Below, one piece after another: positions 11,401-25,530 of a stretch of DNA of 64,000 nucleotides (position 1 is its first letter; every line of letters starts with the position of its first letter). Source of the DNA: Takakia lepidozioides (lineage: Eukaryota; Plantae; Bryophyta). Made by a program: the position numbers and the translations under genes. Under the pieces are notes generated by a model. The model was given only the letters and a program-made list of their open reading frames with translations. It made no database searches and was not told the DNA's origin. The stretch spans positions 1,364,001-1,428,000 of the forward strand of contig CM060731.1 of NCBI GenBank assembly GCA_030704615.1, written 5' to 3'.

Positions 11401-13124
11401 AGGTGGAAAACATTTGTAATCTTTCCTTATTTAATTTGATTAAAAGGGCCTCCGGCCCCTTTGCATTTAAAAACAAGCCGCAAACTGCAAGAGGCTCTGT
11501 CTATTGAAGCAAAATTTTGACAAGCTACCACGGGGTTTATACTTAAAAAGATTTTTTAAACCAATCATACTCTTGACACGGTGTAAGGTCCGTTGACCAC
11601 ATTTTCTCCATTGACTTCAACATGATGCAAAGTCTCTGCCCTGAAGGGACAGAGCCTAAAAGAAAAAAAAGAAAAAAGAAAAGAAAACATAACCACCAAA
11701 GGGCTGTGATGAAGGTTTAGCATAGAGGGATAGGTAGCACCCCAACACCAAAAGCTAAATGGAAAATCACGTTCATCCACTGGTTTGACGGATGAACTAT
11801 AGATGAGAAATGCAAGAGACGTTCGTTCGCGTTGATTGAAGAGCTTGAATATAAAGAGCTGCTAACTTCCAACGTCCGATTTACCCCGCGTACGGATATG
11901 TAAGTGGGGTTTACCGGGCCGGGTAGGTCTGTGTTCCGAGAGGGTTGCAATTCTCTGTGCTCTGCTGCTGCACTCTGTGGCACCAATTCACAGCCACCAT
12001 CCAAGATCCTCACCGGGAGCGCTCCTGCCAGGGATGGACATGTTGTTAGCGCCAGTCAAGGCTGCGGGGGCTCGCAGAAATCGAGCTAGCAGGCCATGAA
12101 CCGCGTGTTCTGTGTTTGGAGCAGTATTGTCGTGTTTTCTCTTCGCCTTCGCCACACTAGTGGGAATGAATCAATTTGTGCAGTGAGGGGAGTTGGTATG
12201 TGTTCTTACGCTGGCCTACAGAATCACGTGTTGTCAATACAGACTGAAATAAGCCCTGTCGTCTCTGCCCTGCTCTGCTAGCTATACTTCTGTTTAGTGT
12301 ATGAGGATTAGATTTTGTTTGCATTAGGTGTGCACTGTAGTCTTCAACAACTGGACTGCAGGTCGCGAACATTTTAGTTTGTTTCGTGCTGGAGTTCACT
12401 ATGGCTGCACCGTTTAGTTGTGAGTACGGGAGTCTTATCCGGAGCATGATCCGCAGATTTGGTGTTAGAGGATAGGTGATGGTTTGTGCGCCAGACTGGC
12501 CAGAAGTTGCGCACTGCACCTGCGTACATAGGGAGGAGCAGGGAGCATAACAAGTATACAGACATGAGCAGAAAGCATGCTCTCTGAAGTTTGCATCCGA
12601 TATAATGGAGTAAATATCGATTTCCCGTCATTCATTTGGTGCCATATGCTGAGGAAACGACTTCAGAAATATGGAGGGAGATTAAAACTTCCGGCTGCAA
12701 GAGGGAGGTGCTTCGAAGTTTTGAGCGATAGGAAGTTTGTTGGCTGGAATGAAATCTGGAATAAACAGTCTATCCTAGTTTTGAAAGAAGGTACAAGGGG
12801 GTCATTGCAAAACCCTAAAACGACGGGCTCGCACAAGAACTTGCTCAACCACCTAGGTCCTTATCGGAGCTTAGGTTTAGAGTGTGACACTCCGCCTGAT
12901 TTTATCAACTTCAATTGGCCTGCAAGTTGTTCCTTGAAAGAGTTACACACTGTCAAGGGGCATTGCAAAGTTTTTGTCATTTGCATAGGACGACCTGGGA
13001 ATTGCTTTGGGTTCAGAGGTGTTGTTGTAGGTCACAACTGTCCTGGTCCAATCTCAAAAACTGCACATAGTATTAAAGCATACTCATCCTGTAATCATCA
13101 AGGGTGGAGGTGAATGCCTGCAAA

Positions 13125-16100
13125 ATGTCAGGCATGGGAAGTGAATATGACAAGAGAAGAAGTTCTTATGCTGTACCATCCAATGAGAACCCTTGTTCCT
13201 CTGACCCCGCAAATGCCTGGAGTCGTTTGGAGTATGAACGACGGCTACATGGAACGAAAAATACTTGGCCATACTCTGGCTCACTTCCTCCTCCACCTCT
13301 GGACAGTGAGGTGCAGCAGCAACTGCAGGAGCAGCCGCCAATGCATATGTCCGCTGCAGCTGCCCCCATGTCACAGCAGTGGTATGGCTACTATCCGCCC
13401 CAGCAATCCCAGGTGAGTTGGTTACTTACTCCTGTTACAAATGTGTATGTCTGCAACTGGGTCATCCTGTTGTTCACAATCCCCACTTCTTGGTCCCTTC
13501 ATTCAGGCATGGTCTTCTTGTCTGATAAGGCCTACCAAGGCTGCAGGTATCCTGTTAGGTCGATGGTTCCATTGTCTCTCAGGTTGCATTCACCGAAGGT
13601 GTAAGACCATGCAAGATCTTGTGATGCATGTGGATTGTACTGCAGTTGCCAGTATTGGCTACCCTTTTTTGCACAGAATCCTTGTTGATTGTTTTGTAGG
13701 ATTGATGGATTACTTGGTTGCAATCTGTCTATTTGCACTTGGAGGTCTTCTGGATGGCACTTGGGGAAAGAGGCTCAAGCCCTTTCCCCACCTTCTTGCT
13801 TGAAGGCCCCACCAGCAGCAACCTGGGAGCCTCATGTAACAGTCTGTGTAGAGGTGCCTTTGCCTATACTCTCCATGCTGCATTTTGAGTCCCTTTGAAA
13901 TAAGACTTTTGCCTCCCAGTGAGTGTTTTATCCCTTTCTACATGCCTGCTACTGCCCTCCTGGATTTACTAGTGCTCGTGTCTGATTTTGTACTGGGATG
14001 GGAGGGCACGAGCAGCAAGGAGGACAAGTGAACCAACAAGGAGTCAGTGCTCCCCCATTGCCCTCAGTGCCACCCCCTCAAGCTCCTTTGCCACCAAACC
14101 CAGGTATTACACCTACGTGGGCATCAGTAGTAGAAGGAGGGCCAAATGGAGCAACAGACAGCACGTACACCAATTACTACAGCCACCCTCATCAGCAGCA
14201 AGGGCAGGAGTTATCGGGCTACGGTGTCGAGGAAGTGCAGCCTGTCAGCAACTCCACAAGCTCCATCGTCCCTGCCCCATCTAACACTGCTTCAGCAAAT
14301 GGGTCCCAAAGTTATGGTCAAGCATATGCTGGGTACACGGGCACTGGGGAACAATATGTGTATGGAAGCACAAATTTCCAGGGTTATAACAATTACGGCT
14401 ATACTCAGCAAGGAGGTGATTCTTATTCTCAGAACACATCGGCGTATCCCAATTCCAGCACACAATATGCACCTCCTAACGCGTTCCAGAACACAAGCTC
14501 ACTTACTGACACATCGTCTTATCCTAGCACAACCACATACTTTGATGCTGGTGCTTATCAGACTGCAGGCTACCAGACTTCAGTCTACAGTGGGCATACA
14601 AACACTTGGAGTGACAACAGCTATGGAAACTATGGTTATACGGGCTACGCCGCACCCAACCTTAGCACTGCTGCAAACTCAGATTCAGCAATGCAGTACC
14701 AGCAAGATAACTACCACCAGCAGTGGGTCGATTACTATGCCAGTTACCAAACGGCTTCTCAGGCAGGTAGTGAGAGTTGCACTATCCCTGGGACAGATCC
14801 TGCCATGCCTTGCACTACTGTGCCTCCCCCTACATATGCTAGTGTGGTGGCTGCTACCCCTCCTCACCAGCCTCCCCCTCCTGGGACAGTCCAGCCTTCT
14901 TGGCAACACACTGCCCCATCTTATGCAACCATTTCGTCTCAGGCATGTGGTCTATCCTGACATGGTTTTTTGCAGGACGTTCCTTCTTTCCGATGTTTTG
15001 TTAGATAAATTCTCAAATGCTTCTCGCAGAGTGTCTTTTTCACTGCTTCGGATTTAGTGTCTATTTTTTAGTATTGTTAACATGTAAGTTAGGAGCTTAC
15101 AGGGCACATACATGGAGATATGTTTATTGCTTTTGGTTCAGTGGCCTAGGATCTGACCAAATCATCGCAGTAAAGGTCAATTAACTCGCTGGACCTTCTT
15201 AGCTTTTTCCTCTTCTTTACTCATTATGATTATGGTCCTCAAGTATTGTCTGACTTGTTTTTCATACTCAAAGTGTAGGACTCTGCTGTGCAGCAGGGGA
15301 GTTCAACGACAGCATCTTCGACCGGAGCTGGGCACTGGGATGCTGCATCAAAACAAAGCTCTCAGAGTGAGCAATATGCCCAGACATACTTTCCACCCTT
15401 GCCGCAGCAAACACATCCAATTGCCCAGCCTCAACAGCAGTCTGTATCCTCACAAAAAACACAGATGTCCCTGCACCTGCAACAGCAGCAATTCAAGACA
15501 GGCAAGCTCCAGATTCCAACTAACCCTCGCATTGCACCCAATGTGGGTGGCCATGGTTCAGGGAAGGAGGTTCAAAAGCCAGCCTATATTAGTATCCCTG
15601 CCAAAACCGTTGGACTCAAGCTATCAACTGATGCTGTGGCTGATGCAACACTTCAGGTGAAAAATATTCCCCTCTTATCTGACTCAATCTTGCAAGTAAC
15701 TGTAAAGAGTACTGACAAATCAGAAAGCAAATCAAATGTTCCATATTTCCTACGGACAGAAGGTGGTTAACTCTTTCTGAACACTCATATTCACTGAACC
15801 TCTGTCATGAGGTGGCCGCCTGGCGTCATACCTCTGTGGGAGACATACATAGAGCGTCTTAGGACTACTGTGCACTGTTATGTCTTGTGTTCCTTCTTTA
15901 TCTCTTCTCTGCTCATGTTGATATTTGCGGTTCCCATGATTATGAGTCAGGGATTCGCCTGCTTCCCATGTTTGCAAGTGCTTGTAGGTTCAAATTCGTT
16001 TCATTTCATTGTCTGATTTTTGACAAGAACACCCCCCACTAACTGAGTTTGCATAGCAGCCAGGAATGTTTCCTCCGTCCCTGCGTGCATATGTTGAGAG

Positions 16101-19100
16101 GGCATTGTCCCGGTGCAAAGATGAAGCTCAGAAAGCCTCTTGCCAAGACATCATGAAGGAGGTGAGGACTTCTGACGATATCCCTAGTCTAACCTGGATT
16201 GTCATCAGGACAGTTAGCAGTCCTTCAGGATGCCTGTGTGTATCTCATGCAGGAGCAAACTCATCAATTCACTACTATCCCTTCTTATAAATCATTTCTC
16301 ACATTGCAAATCATTTCAAGCGTGGGGGATCAAAGGACAGTCTGTTGTCTCACCAGGGCTCAACTTTTCACCTTTTGGAAGCATGTGGGTACGTGTTTCC
16401 TTGACTGGAAGGAATTCACCGAACCCAAACAGCATTCTTAGTGCTTTTGATGATTCTTCTCACAAAGACGTTGATCGGACCATCCACAAGTTTCTAAGAG
16501 CTCTGATTGCAAATCACTTCAAGCGTGGGGGATCAAAGGACAGTTTGTTATCACACTGGGGCTCACCGTTTCACCTTTTGGAAGCATGTGTATACGTGTG
16601 TCCTTGACTGGAAGGAAGACAATGATTCTGTTTCACTGAACCCAAACAGCATTCTTAGTGCTTTAGATGATTCTCCTCACAAAGACGTTGATCGGACCAT
16701 CCACAAGTATGTTCAGAGATTGAGCTACTTGTGGGAGATTGGGGTGTTGCAGATGATAACAGCAGCTTCGCTGGATGGCTCTCTTTTTACCAAGGATTGG
16801 GATACAGAACCACTCTTCCCATTGCCCAGCATGCCATCAACATCAGGAGGAAAAGAGTATGCCTCCTTCTCCTACCCTGTATTTCACCTGATGGAGGACA
16901 AAGTGAATACCTGTGGGATAGTGATGTCATGTCTTTAGCTAATGATCTTAACTCTTAATCATGTGCCTAGTATCATGCTGTATTCTTTGACCTTGGTTGC
17001 CCATTTCGGAGCTTCTGTTATCATGGTATTGTTGCAGTGCATCTTTCAACTGCACTGCAGAGTAGACGCAGTGTGACATCTTTTGCGCCTGAGTGAGGAC
17101 AGATCCCCTAGGAAAAAAGCCACTTATTTGTTTCCACTCTTCTCAAAGGTGGAATTAGGCCATTGTGTTGATAGCAAAGTACACCTTGTGAGGGATTTGG
17201 GTTGCCATTGCTGCCAATAACCTGGCTGGGGCACATCACTATGGAAATGAGATCTGAAGCAAATTCTCGTAGACTCGTCAACTCTTTTGACCATTCTGGC
17301 CAGTCATTCTACAGTCACAAACGTTGTGGTAGGTCTTTGTGCAGAGATTCAGGGATTCAATTTTAGTGGTATATTTCGCTTTTTGCGTCAGCAATTTCTG
17401 ATTCTGTTCTCTTTCAAATACAGGCCTACTCGCCCAAAACCTGTGTTTCCTAATTGAAAGGTAGCGTGAAGGAGCTAAAATGCTGATGGTGAAGCTAGGA
17501 ACTCCAAAACAATTTGTTCTGGAACCATCCAGAAAAGTGGAGACTCCTTTGACTGGTGGTTGTGCGGGAATGTGTAGAGTAAAACAGCAAGGGAATGTGG
17601 CAACATTTCAGTCCAAAGTGGAGCGGAGTCCAAATAAGCGATCAAAAACCCGCTGGGAGCCTGTTGCATCAGATGACATAGAGGAGAAGCAAGGGCGCCC
17701 TCTTAGTTTACGTGGTGTTTCCAAGGAAAATTTTCAAGACCGCGCCAAGGACCGTGATGGCTCAGTAAGTTGTTTTTATCTTGTTCAAGGAGATCATATT
17801 GCCCTAACTAAGTTCATAATATTGTACATTACAGAATTCATAGGATGTCTCATTCTAGCTGCTTCCAGCAGCATTCGTGTTGGGCTTGCCTTCACATGTC
17901 TGTCATGGATAGACAATCTCTTGTGGATGCTTTTGGTCCATATGCATCTCTGCCGATGGTTGTAGATACAGGTCCTCGTGGTAGGCATCTTAGCTTTGCT
18001 TTTTCACCATGAAACCTTCATATTCACCATGATGCCTTTTCTGGAAATGCTTTCATCTACAGTTTTCCTTTCAGTTCTTCATGTATTTACTGCCTGCTAT
18101 TTTCTTAAGTCACTTTGCTGTAGGAGTATTTGATAAGTTGGCTTGAACAATCTTTTTTCTATCCCACCAGGGTATTATTTCTGGTCTACCATGACAGAAA
18201 GAAGGGATTTAGCTCTATATTAAGGCGAGGCTTGTTCTTTTGAAGCTTTGAGGGGGTGGGCTTTTATCAATACAGCCGTCTCTACGGAAACGAACCAGCT
18301 GAGTAGTGGTGGGTTCAGCAATGGGAACATAAGGCAGCTGACAAAACTTCCCTTCTTAGTGGTGGGCTTGAGTGTAGGGTTGAGTTATTCAGATTCTGTT
18401 TTACAACCTTTTAATGAAAACTGTAGTCAGTGTCTTCAGGTATGCAGAGTACATCACGTGCCAGCATGGGTAGTAGTTGATTACCCTTCGCTTTTCTGGC
18501 AAATTTAACAAATATAACAACAAATCAAAGCTCTAAATCTATCTATCAAATGGTGTTGTTGTTATTGTTGCAGGCTTCACCAATGAAATGGGACAAGAGG
18601 GAGGTGGCATGGAGTAAGAACAACACGTCACAGCATCAGCAGCCACAGGTGAAAGATACAGTTGTGGGCTTGGGGAGGCATGCTGGGTTTCACTTTGCTG
18701 CACAGCCTATGTCCACCAACACACACAAGCAACTGAGCTGATAAACTGGAAAGGATATTGTGAATATTCTGGGGTTGAAATAAATGTTTCATTCTGATTA
18801 GGAATATCTCAGGTACCATATCAATTTCTGAGTTGTATTTTCATTGGTCTTGTCTTCTACGGGTAGACCTTTACTCACACATGTGTTGGTTGGTGGTTTC
18901 AAAAACTTGGAATAGTTACAGGCAAAGAGGTTGAAAAGAGGACCCAAAAAATTTCACCAAGGCAATATGCAAAGTATGAACGGGGGCCTCAATACTTCCA
19001 GTGAAAGTGAAGAAGAGGAAGACCAAACTGGTAGCATGTATCTAGGCTCTTTGTCAGCAGCTGAAACGCCTGAAGAGAAGAAAAGGCGACAGAATCGTAC

Positions 19101-22100
19101 CAAACGCTTTGACCGAGGGAAAGACCCAGGCAGGGGCTTGAAGGGCTTTGGAAGAGGAAGGGTGGGGGCGGGGGGCAGTGCAAGTGCAAGGAGGGCCACA
19201 GCCTTGCAGTTAGCCCTGAGTTCTGGAGATGGGCAAAATGGGCGAGCTGTTGAGGATATTGACTGGGACTCATTGACAGTGCGGGGAACTTGCCAGGAGA
19301 TTGAAAAACGCTACTTGCGACTCACCTCTGCTCCAGATCCCCACACGGTATCCTCTGGTCCATTGGATTTTTGTTTGAGAGAATGTGCATGGGTTAAGAC
19401 ATAGATCAAACATGCCAATGTAAGACTCTGTGCCACGCCGTAAGTGTAGCTTTTCACAAGGGGTTGGACACACATGCTGCAGAAATTTGTGAGGTAAGCA
19501 ACTCAGTTTGTGGCAGCAATGTTAGTATTCAACAACATTTCTGTAAACAATCTGTGGGCATGCTTACTAGTTATTTTTTAGGTGTCTCTGGTATGAGTTA
19601 CAAGACAGCAATACTAGAAGAGACTAGGTGAAACTAGCCATACAACTTCTTGATTTAGAGCTCTCCGATATTGTCCATGTAGCAGGGCGGGTTGCGGGGC
19701 CAAGTACTCTAGGTAGAGTTTCTGTTTGATGAAGTGGGAGTACTGGCCTGCAGAATTCCCTCACCTGCCAGCTCCCAAACTTAAAAGTTTTGATGTCGGT
19801 TGGCTGCAAAGCTTGTATGTCCTATCAGTATACTTTTCAAAATTCCCTATGCGGCTGGTTAGTTCAATGTATCTTTTTCCAGGACCATTATGCTGGAAGT
19901 TTCCCTTTGTTTTTGTCTTCAACCTTACAAGAATGTAAATGGAAAAATGCAGGTGAGACCAGAGGAGGTCTTGAGGAAAGCGTTGTCGATGGTGCAAACA
20001 ACTCTCAAGAATTATTTGTTCAGATGTGAGCAGTTAAAGTCTATTCGTCAGGATCTGACAGTACAGAGAATACGAAATGAGCTCACTGTGCAGGTTAATT
20101 TCTCTTGAAACTCTATTGCCCAATGTCTGCTCCTTTTGACAAGTCTATTTGTGATAGTTTGTTTTTGTTTGAAGGGCTTCCTTGATAGATTGACTGATAT
20201 ACTCACCACTTGTAGGCCGAGTTGGTGCAAAGGGCAACCTAAGGATGTTTCTATGTCCGTCAGGTCAGAAGAATATGTGTTGTTAATGTTGAGATAGGAG
20301 TAGACATCTTGTAGGTTTCCATTAGTGAGATCTTGATGGACCCTGTGACTCAGCAGCAAAGGGAATCTCTAGTGACTTAGAATAGACCTGGTAAGTGCTA
20401 CTCATCAAGTAGCAGGCTGGTTATATAAGGTTGATGACTGCATGTGGCAGGTATATGAGACACACGCACGCATGGCATTGGAGGCTGGAGACTTGCCTGA
20501 ATACAACCAGGTGCTTACCTTTCTTGTCACACCAAAGTGCCTCTTGACTCAAGGATACCAACTTGCACTGGATCTCACCCTGCATATGTTGCTGCAAGTG
20601 CTGATGTTGGTTTCCCACTTGGTTAGCACTATTTAGTTTTAAGCAGTGTGACCTGCACATAATTTGTTACGGTTTCTGAGTGTAAGAGCTGCTTAACAAA
20701 CTTTGCCATTCAACAAATAATCCTCAGAGTCATGAGGTGTCTCAGGATGGACGCGGATTTTGGTCATTGGCCTTACTAGTCGCCATGACTACGGAAGGTA
20801 TTTTGGTTGTATGGCTGATAGGGTTTTTTCATGCATTGAAGGGGGTTACCTCTGATAACAGATTCATAGATAACAAGTACTGGGAAGACAATGATAAGGA
20901 CCTTAGTTTACTCCATCCTAACAGCAAGTAGTAACAGTTTTGAAGTATTCACCAAAGAGTTGTTACAAACCACTTTCACTTTAGCCCATCCAAACAAGTG
21001 GGAAAGCATCCTTACACATTTGCAGAATTGGACTCCAATGGAAACTTGAGATGTTCATGTCACAAGAAACTCTTGAGCTAGTCATGCCGATAGTCGCTCC
21101 ACTTTGATTATTCATACATCTGGTAAGGAAGAGAATCGTAACAAGCTTGTGTGTTTTGCAGTGCCAGACACAGTTGAAAGGCCTTTATGCAGAAGGTATA
21201 AAGGGGTGCTGTAATGAATTTGCGGCATATAGCTTGCTGTATATTGTTTTTCAGCATGGCAATAGCCGAGATCTTCTCTCTGCCATGGCGAGGTACGTTT
21301 ACATCATTTCTTTCAACAATCTGAGTGACCAGGTTATGGAATTGACGTTGTGTATGTGTTGTGGGTATGGTTGTGGGTATGTCTTTTCATGCTTGCAGTA
21401 CATCTTTTGTCGGCCATTTGGTCGTGCCTGCATCCTTCTCACATTTATCTGCCCTTCTAATATTCATGTCTTCCAACGCCATATCCAGTTTATTGCAGAT
21501 ATCATTTTGTAGTTCGTGAGTTCACTTGCAATTGTGGGACATAATTTCTTTCTTTTTGTGGTATGTCATCAATTCCAGTTTGTTTTCTGTAATGGTGCTG
21601 CATAGCACATGAAAATGAGAGTAGGGCTTTGAGGTGCAGATTGACAAGGGAAGGAAAGAAGGATCAAGCAGTAAAGCATGCCCTGGCAGTGCGCACTGCA
21701 GTTGCAGTGGGCAACTACACCACATTTTTTCGCCTGTACAGAACAGCTCCGAACTTGAGTCCTTGCTTGATGGGTATATGCTTTAGCCATCGTCCTTCGG
21801 ACTGGATGTTTAGAAGCTCCACTTAAAAGGATTTTATCATTGTCTTCTGAAGTTATTGGGATTCCGTTTTGGAAATGGCATTTCAAAATTTGAAGAGCTC
21901 GGTAGAAACCATCAGTGTACTAGTGCTCTGTAGCTGGTTATTGTTTGGACATGAGGTGGAACCAGCCTTACATAAGTTTACTTTCACAAGCTGAAGGTGC
22001 TTTACTAACAAGATTAAGAAGATGTAGTATATAGATATTGTGAAATGTTGTGGGAAGTTTACCAGATGTCTACTGACTGGAAGGCTAGAATTAAGGATGT

Positions 22101-22991
22101 GAGCAAAGTTTGCTGTGGTGTAGAAAAGGAGTTGGGTCATTTATTGGGTGACTTCTGCAATGGATGGCAGATTTGTATGTGGAGAGGATGCGGTTTGAAG
22201 CAGTGAGATGCATGGCACGCTCATATCGTCCCACAGTACCTGTGTCTTTTGTTGCAAGGACATTAGGCTTTACTAGCATACCTGGTAGCGAAGGAGAGAC
22301 AGAAGGACTAGAAGAATGTGAAGAGTGGTTGAAGGCACATGGATCGCACCTTCAATTCGAAAGCAGTTCTGCCGAGTTAGTACTGGATGCGAAGGTAACT
22401 GTCTGTCATGTGTGTTTTTTTAGTGCTGCACATAGCCCACCAAGTGTACAAGCAGTAATCTTAGCAGTCCAGTGGAATTTGAAACACCATCTGTTGTATG
22501 AATCTCCCAGGCTATTCCTAGCCTCTGGACACACCCTACTGCGGAGTTCAGTTGTCCACTATCTGGACAAGCTGTATATAGCAAGTGTGTAGATGGTTAT
22601 GTTGAATATTTGCAGTCCTAGAATGTTGGTTCTACGCACTGTGCTGGCAGTAGATGTCGCTTGTTGTTCCTTCTTTCCAAGTGACAAGATTTCTGATGGG
22701 TGGATGCAGCTCGTTGACAGCTAGTTGTTGAGTGTGCCGGGCAGCAGTCCCCTGTAATCTGTAGATTCTCAATCAGTCAGACCATTATCAGTTACAATAT
22801 CTTGCTGCCTTCAAAATATCAAGCAAGTGTTCGTGTGTAGGATTTGAGATTGTCTCCATTTAACACTTGTGTTGGTGGTATTGCATGATGTGCAGATGAG
22901 TGCTACTAGTCTCTTTATGCCAGAGCCAGAAGACGTGGTTCCTCATGGAGACGCCAATCTTGCTCTCAATGATTTTTTCGCTCGCTCCTAG
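13125..22991 (+). CDS. SAC3A: SAC3 family protein A (SAC3/GANP/THP3 PCI domain, LENG8-like), multi-exon
   Basis: Exons encode [131 protein letters not shown] and the C-terminus [27 protein letters not shown]. Introns are GT-AG. The start ATG at 13125 is inferred. Confidence 0.93.
16303..16708. repeat. Intronic tandem duplication of two ~200-bp units in SAC3A
   Basis: Units 16303-16491 and 16506-16708 share e.g. TTCAAGCGTGGGGGATCAAAGGACAG and CACAAAGACGTTGATCGGACCATCCACAAGT. Confidence 0.95.
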
Positions 22992-25530
22992 TATCTTCCC
23001 CCCTCATTTCATTATTGCCAACCAAAATTTTGCAAATGGGTTGCTAGGAATTTGTTGGATTAGGACTATTTGTAGGAAGCATACCTGATAGGTTTGGTAA
23101 GTTGTCAAATGTTGCATCTTTAAATGGTAGTAGTAGCTCAAACAAAGAAGTAGTTTGTATCTGGCATAATCAGCTATACAGGTACAGGTTCAACTAGCAG
23201 GTTCTCTGTGGCACATTGTCAGGATGTAACTTAGTTGCAGACACTTGCTTGCTTAACCAATTGGTTAGTCTAGTAAATGTAGGACACGGGCTTGCTCAAT
23301 GCTCGACGGATATGGAAACTTTCGTATCTCCACATGGGTCAGTGAGCTTACTGGACATACACAATCTAACCATTGCCTGGTGTAACATCAGCAAATTCAC
23401 AAGATACCTGTGATTGTGTGATGATGGCTAAAGACCTTGCAAATGCTACTTTCAAGAGTGTCGTCACGAAAGTGCAGTCTCTCAGTAATAACAGCTTACA
23501 CATCGAAGTAACTGGGTGTAGCAATAGATTCTAGTTTTCAAGGTCAGCGCAGCTTTGTTCGGTGAGAGGCGTTTGTTCCTCTTCCAGTTTGTTCTGCATT
23601 CAAATATGGTAAGGCTGGCAGTGTTGTTCTATGTGGCGTTCTATCTGTAAATGAGGGTGTTGAGTTGTATATTGTCTCAGTGTTTGTATAGCATTTGGAA
23701 TTAGGTGAGGGTTTCCACTTTCATTAGTGTAAGGTTGGGTGGCTGTACCCTGGTGATGGTATCCTTGATTGTAGGAGACTCTGTTTCAAGAAAGCATAAC
23801 TGGTTTAGGTAGAAAAGTCTGATTTTTTGTCCATATCTTCCAAATTTTTGTGCCTTGTTTTGCACAAGAGGAAGGCCTCGCAATGACCTACCTTTTGCAG
23901 GTAGGCTCCAAACTGATACTGCGCCTGTATTAAAGGTTCAGTGCTACCAACCATGGGGATTCCCATTTCTCGTCAGTTTGTTTGCTTGTGAGCCTTGGGA
24001 TGTGTTCTAAGAGAGATGTCTGACTACAGCTTGAATCTCTATGCATCAAAAGTAATCAAGCTTACTGGTAATAGAGCTTCTCCTCCATGGCATGAGTCCT
24101 GATGTTTTCTGAATTCTCTCAGGTCACATGGTCTCATCAAGTTACAGTGTCTGCAAAGTGTAAGGTTCCTCCCTCCATTCGTGTTTTAAACATTGTAACA
24201 TGCTCCCCTGCAATGCAATATCTGTATGGACCAGCTCATCACAAGGTCTAGTTGGTTCTGGTCGGCCCATTGGAAATTCAGGTATGCCGGGGTAAGCAGG
24301 GGGTGGGAGAAAAACTTGGTCAGGGATAGCAGACACTTTTGAATGTCCAGGGCAAGTTTTGTTATGCATTCAAACAATTTGTGTCCCAAATTTTAGACGC
24401 TATTCAGAGATTTGTTCCTTACACTTCCTCTGGTTGATTGGAACATGGCAGTCATATTGCTAAACAGCTTCAGTATGCAGTGGACTTAGGCTCTTGGAAA
24501 GATGGGCCAAGACATGGCAGAAGGGTTTGGCAAAAGACTTGAGAAGGAGCAGCAATGACAGTACATACAGTACATATGGAATCCATGGGGAACAACCACA
24601 CCTTCTCAGGGCATCTTGGTGCTGTAGAGACCAGTGGAAGGAGAGGTTTTGTGGACCAGGGCATGTGCAAGGAGGAGGTACCTTGCCGTGAGGCTGTTGC
24701 CAACACAGACAAATATCCAAGAAACCCAAATAAAGAGGAGACAAGCTTTGGAAAGTCCCAGTGCATGATGACATAATTGATACTAAAAGGTGATTGCCCA
24801 TGCTCTTTCCCACAGTAACAAGAGCAATCAGTCTTTAGTCTCACCAAGGTTTCATCTCACTGGCCGAGAACTCATTACACATTGTATTCAGACATTCATA
24901 CTGCAGGACAACAAGGCCAATCTCAAGCTCTGTGAAGACTTGGTGATGGAGCCAGTGGATTGGGTCTGTCAGACAAATCATAAAAGCATCCATCTGATAT
25001 TGATGAACCCTGGTGAGCTCATCCCTTGATGTGTTCTATCATAAAGCTGTCAATCTGACTAGCCAAGGGTAATTAACGTGGTCATGACTGGAAGACTAAT
25101 CAATTGTAGGTCAAACTTCGTAGAAAAAAGAAACAAACTCATGAGGAGATATGCAATTACGAATGACACAACACAAGCGGCATAGCCACTAGCCACTAAC
25201 GTTTCCTACATTCAAAAGGCCCTAAAGCTGTTATCAAATGTGGGTCAGCAAGGAGCTAGTGCTCAACCAACCAATCATAATCAGCCACTGTCTTGAGGCA
25301 ATCTGACCCAAAAGACTTTTGAATTATTGAGCAAGTGGAGGTTGGGTGGTAGTTTAAAACTGAGCAGATGAGGAGACAAACATAGCCGAAGGATAGAAAG
25401 AGGAAATCAAAGCAGTTGGCTCAGCTTGGACTACAAAATTTGTTGTACAATGGAAGCAACTACGCAAAATCGGACAACAGGTTATCAGTAGGCCGAAGTG
25501 TTAGGGCCTATGCGCTCTCTACATTTGAAG

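Noticed and set aside
12157-13113. ORFs of 120-178 aa upstream of SAC3A
   Set aside because: No homology cues; most likely 5'-UTR intron sequence.
24142-25029. Cluster of short ORFs between the SAC3A and nicalin 3' ends
   Set aside because: No recognisable domain; treated as UTR or intergenic sequence.
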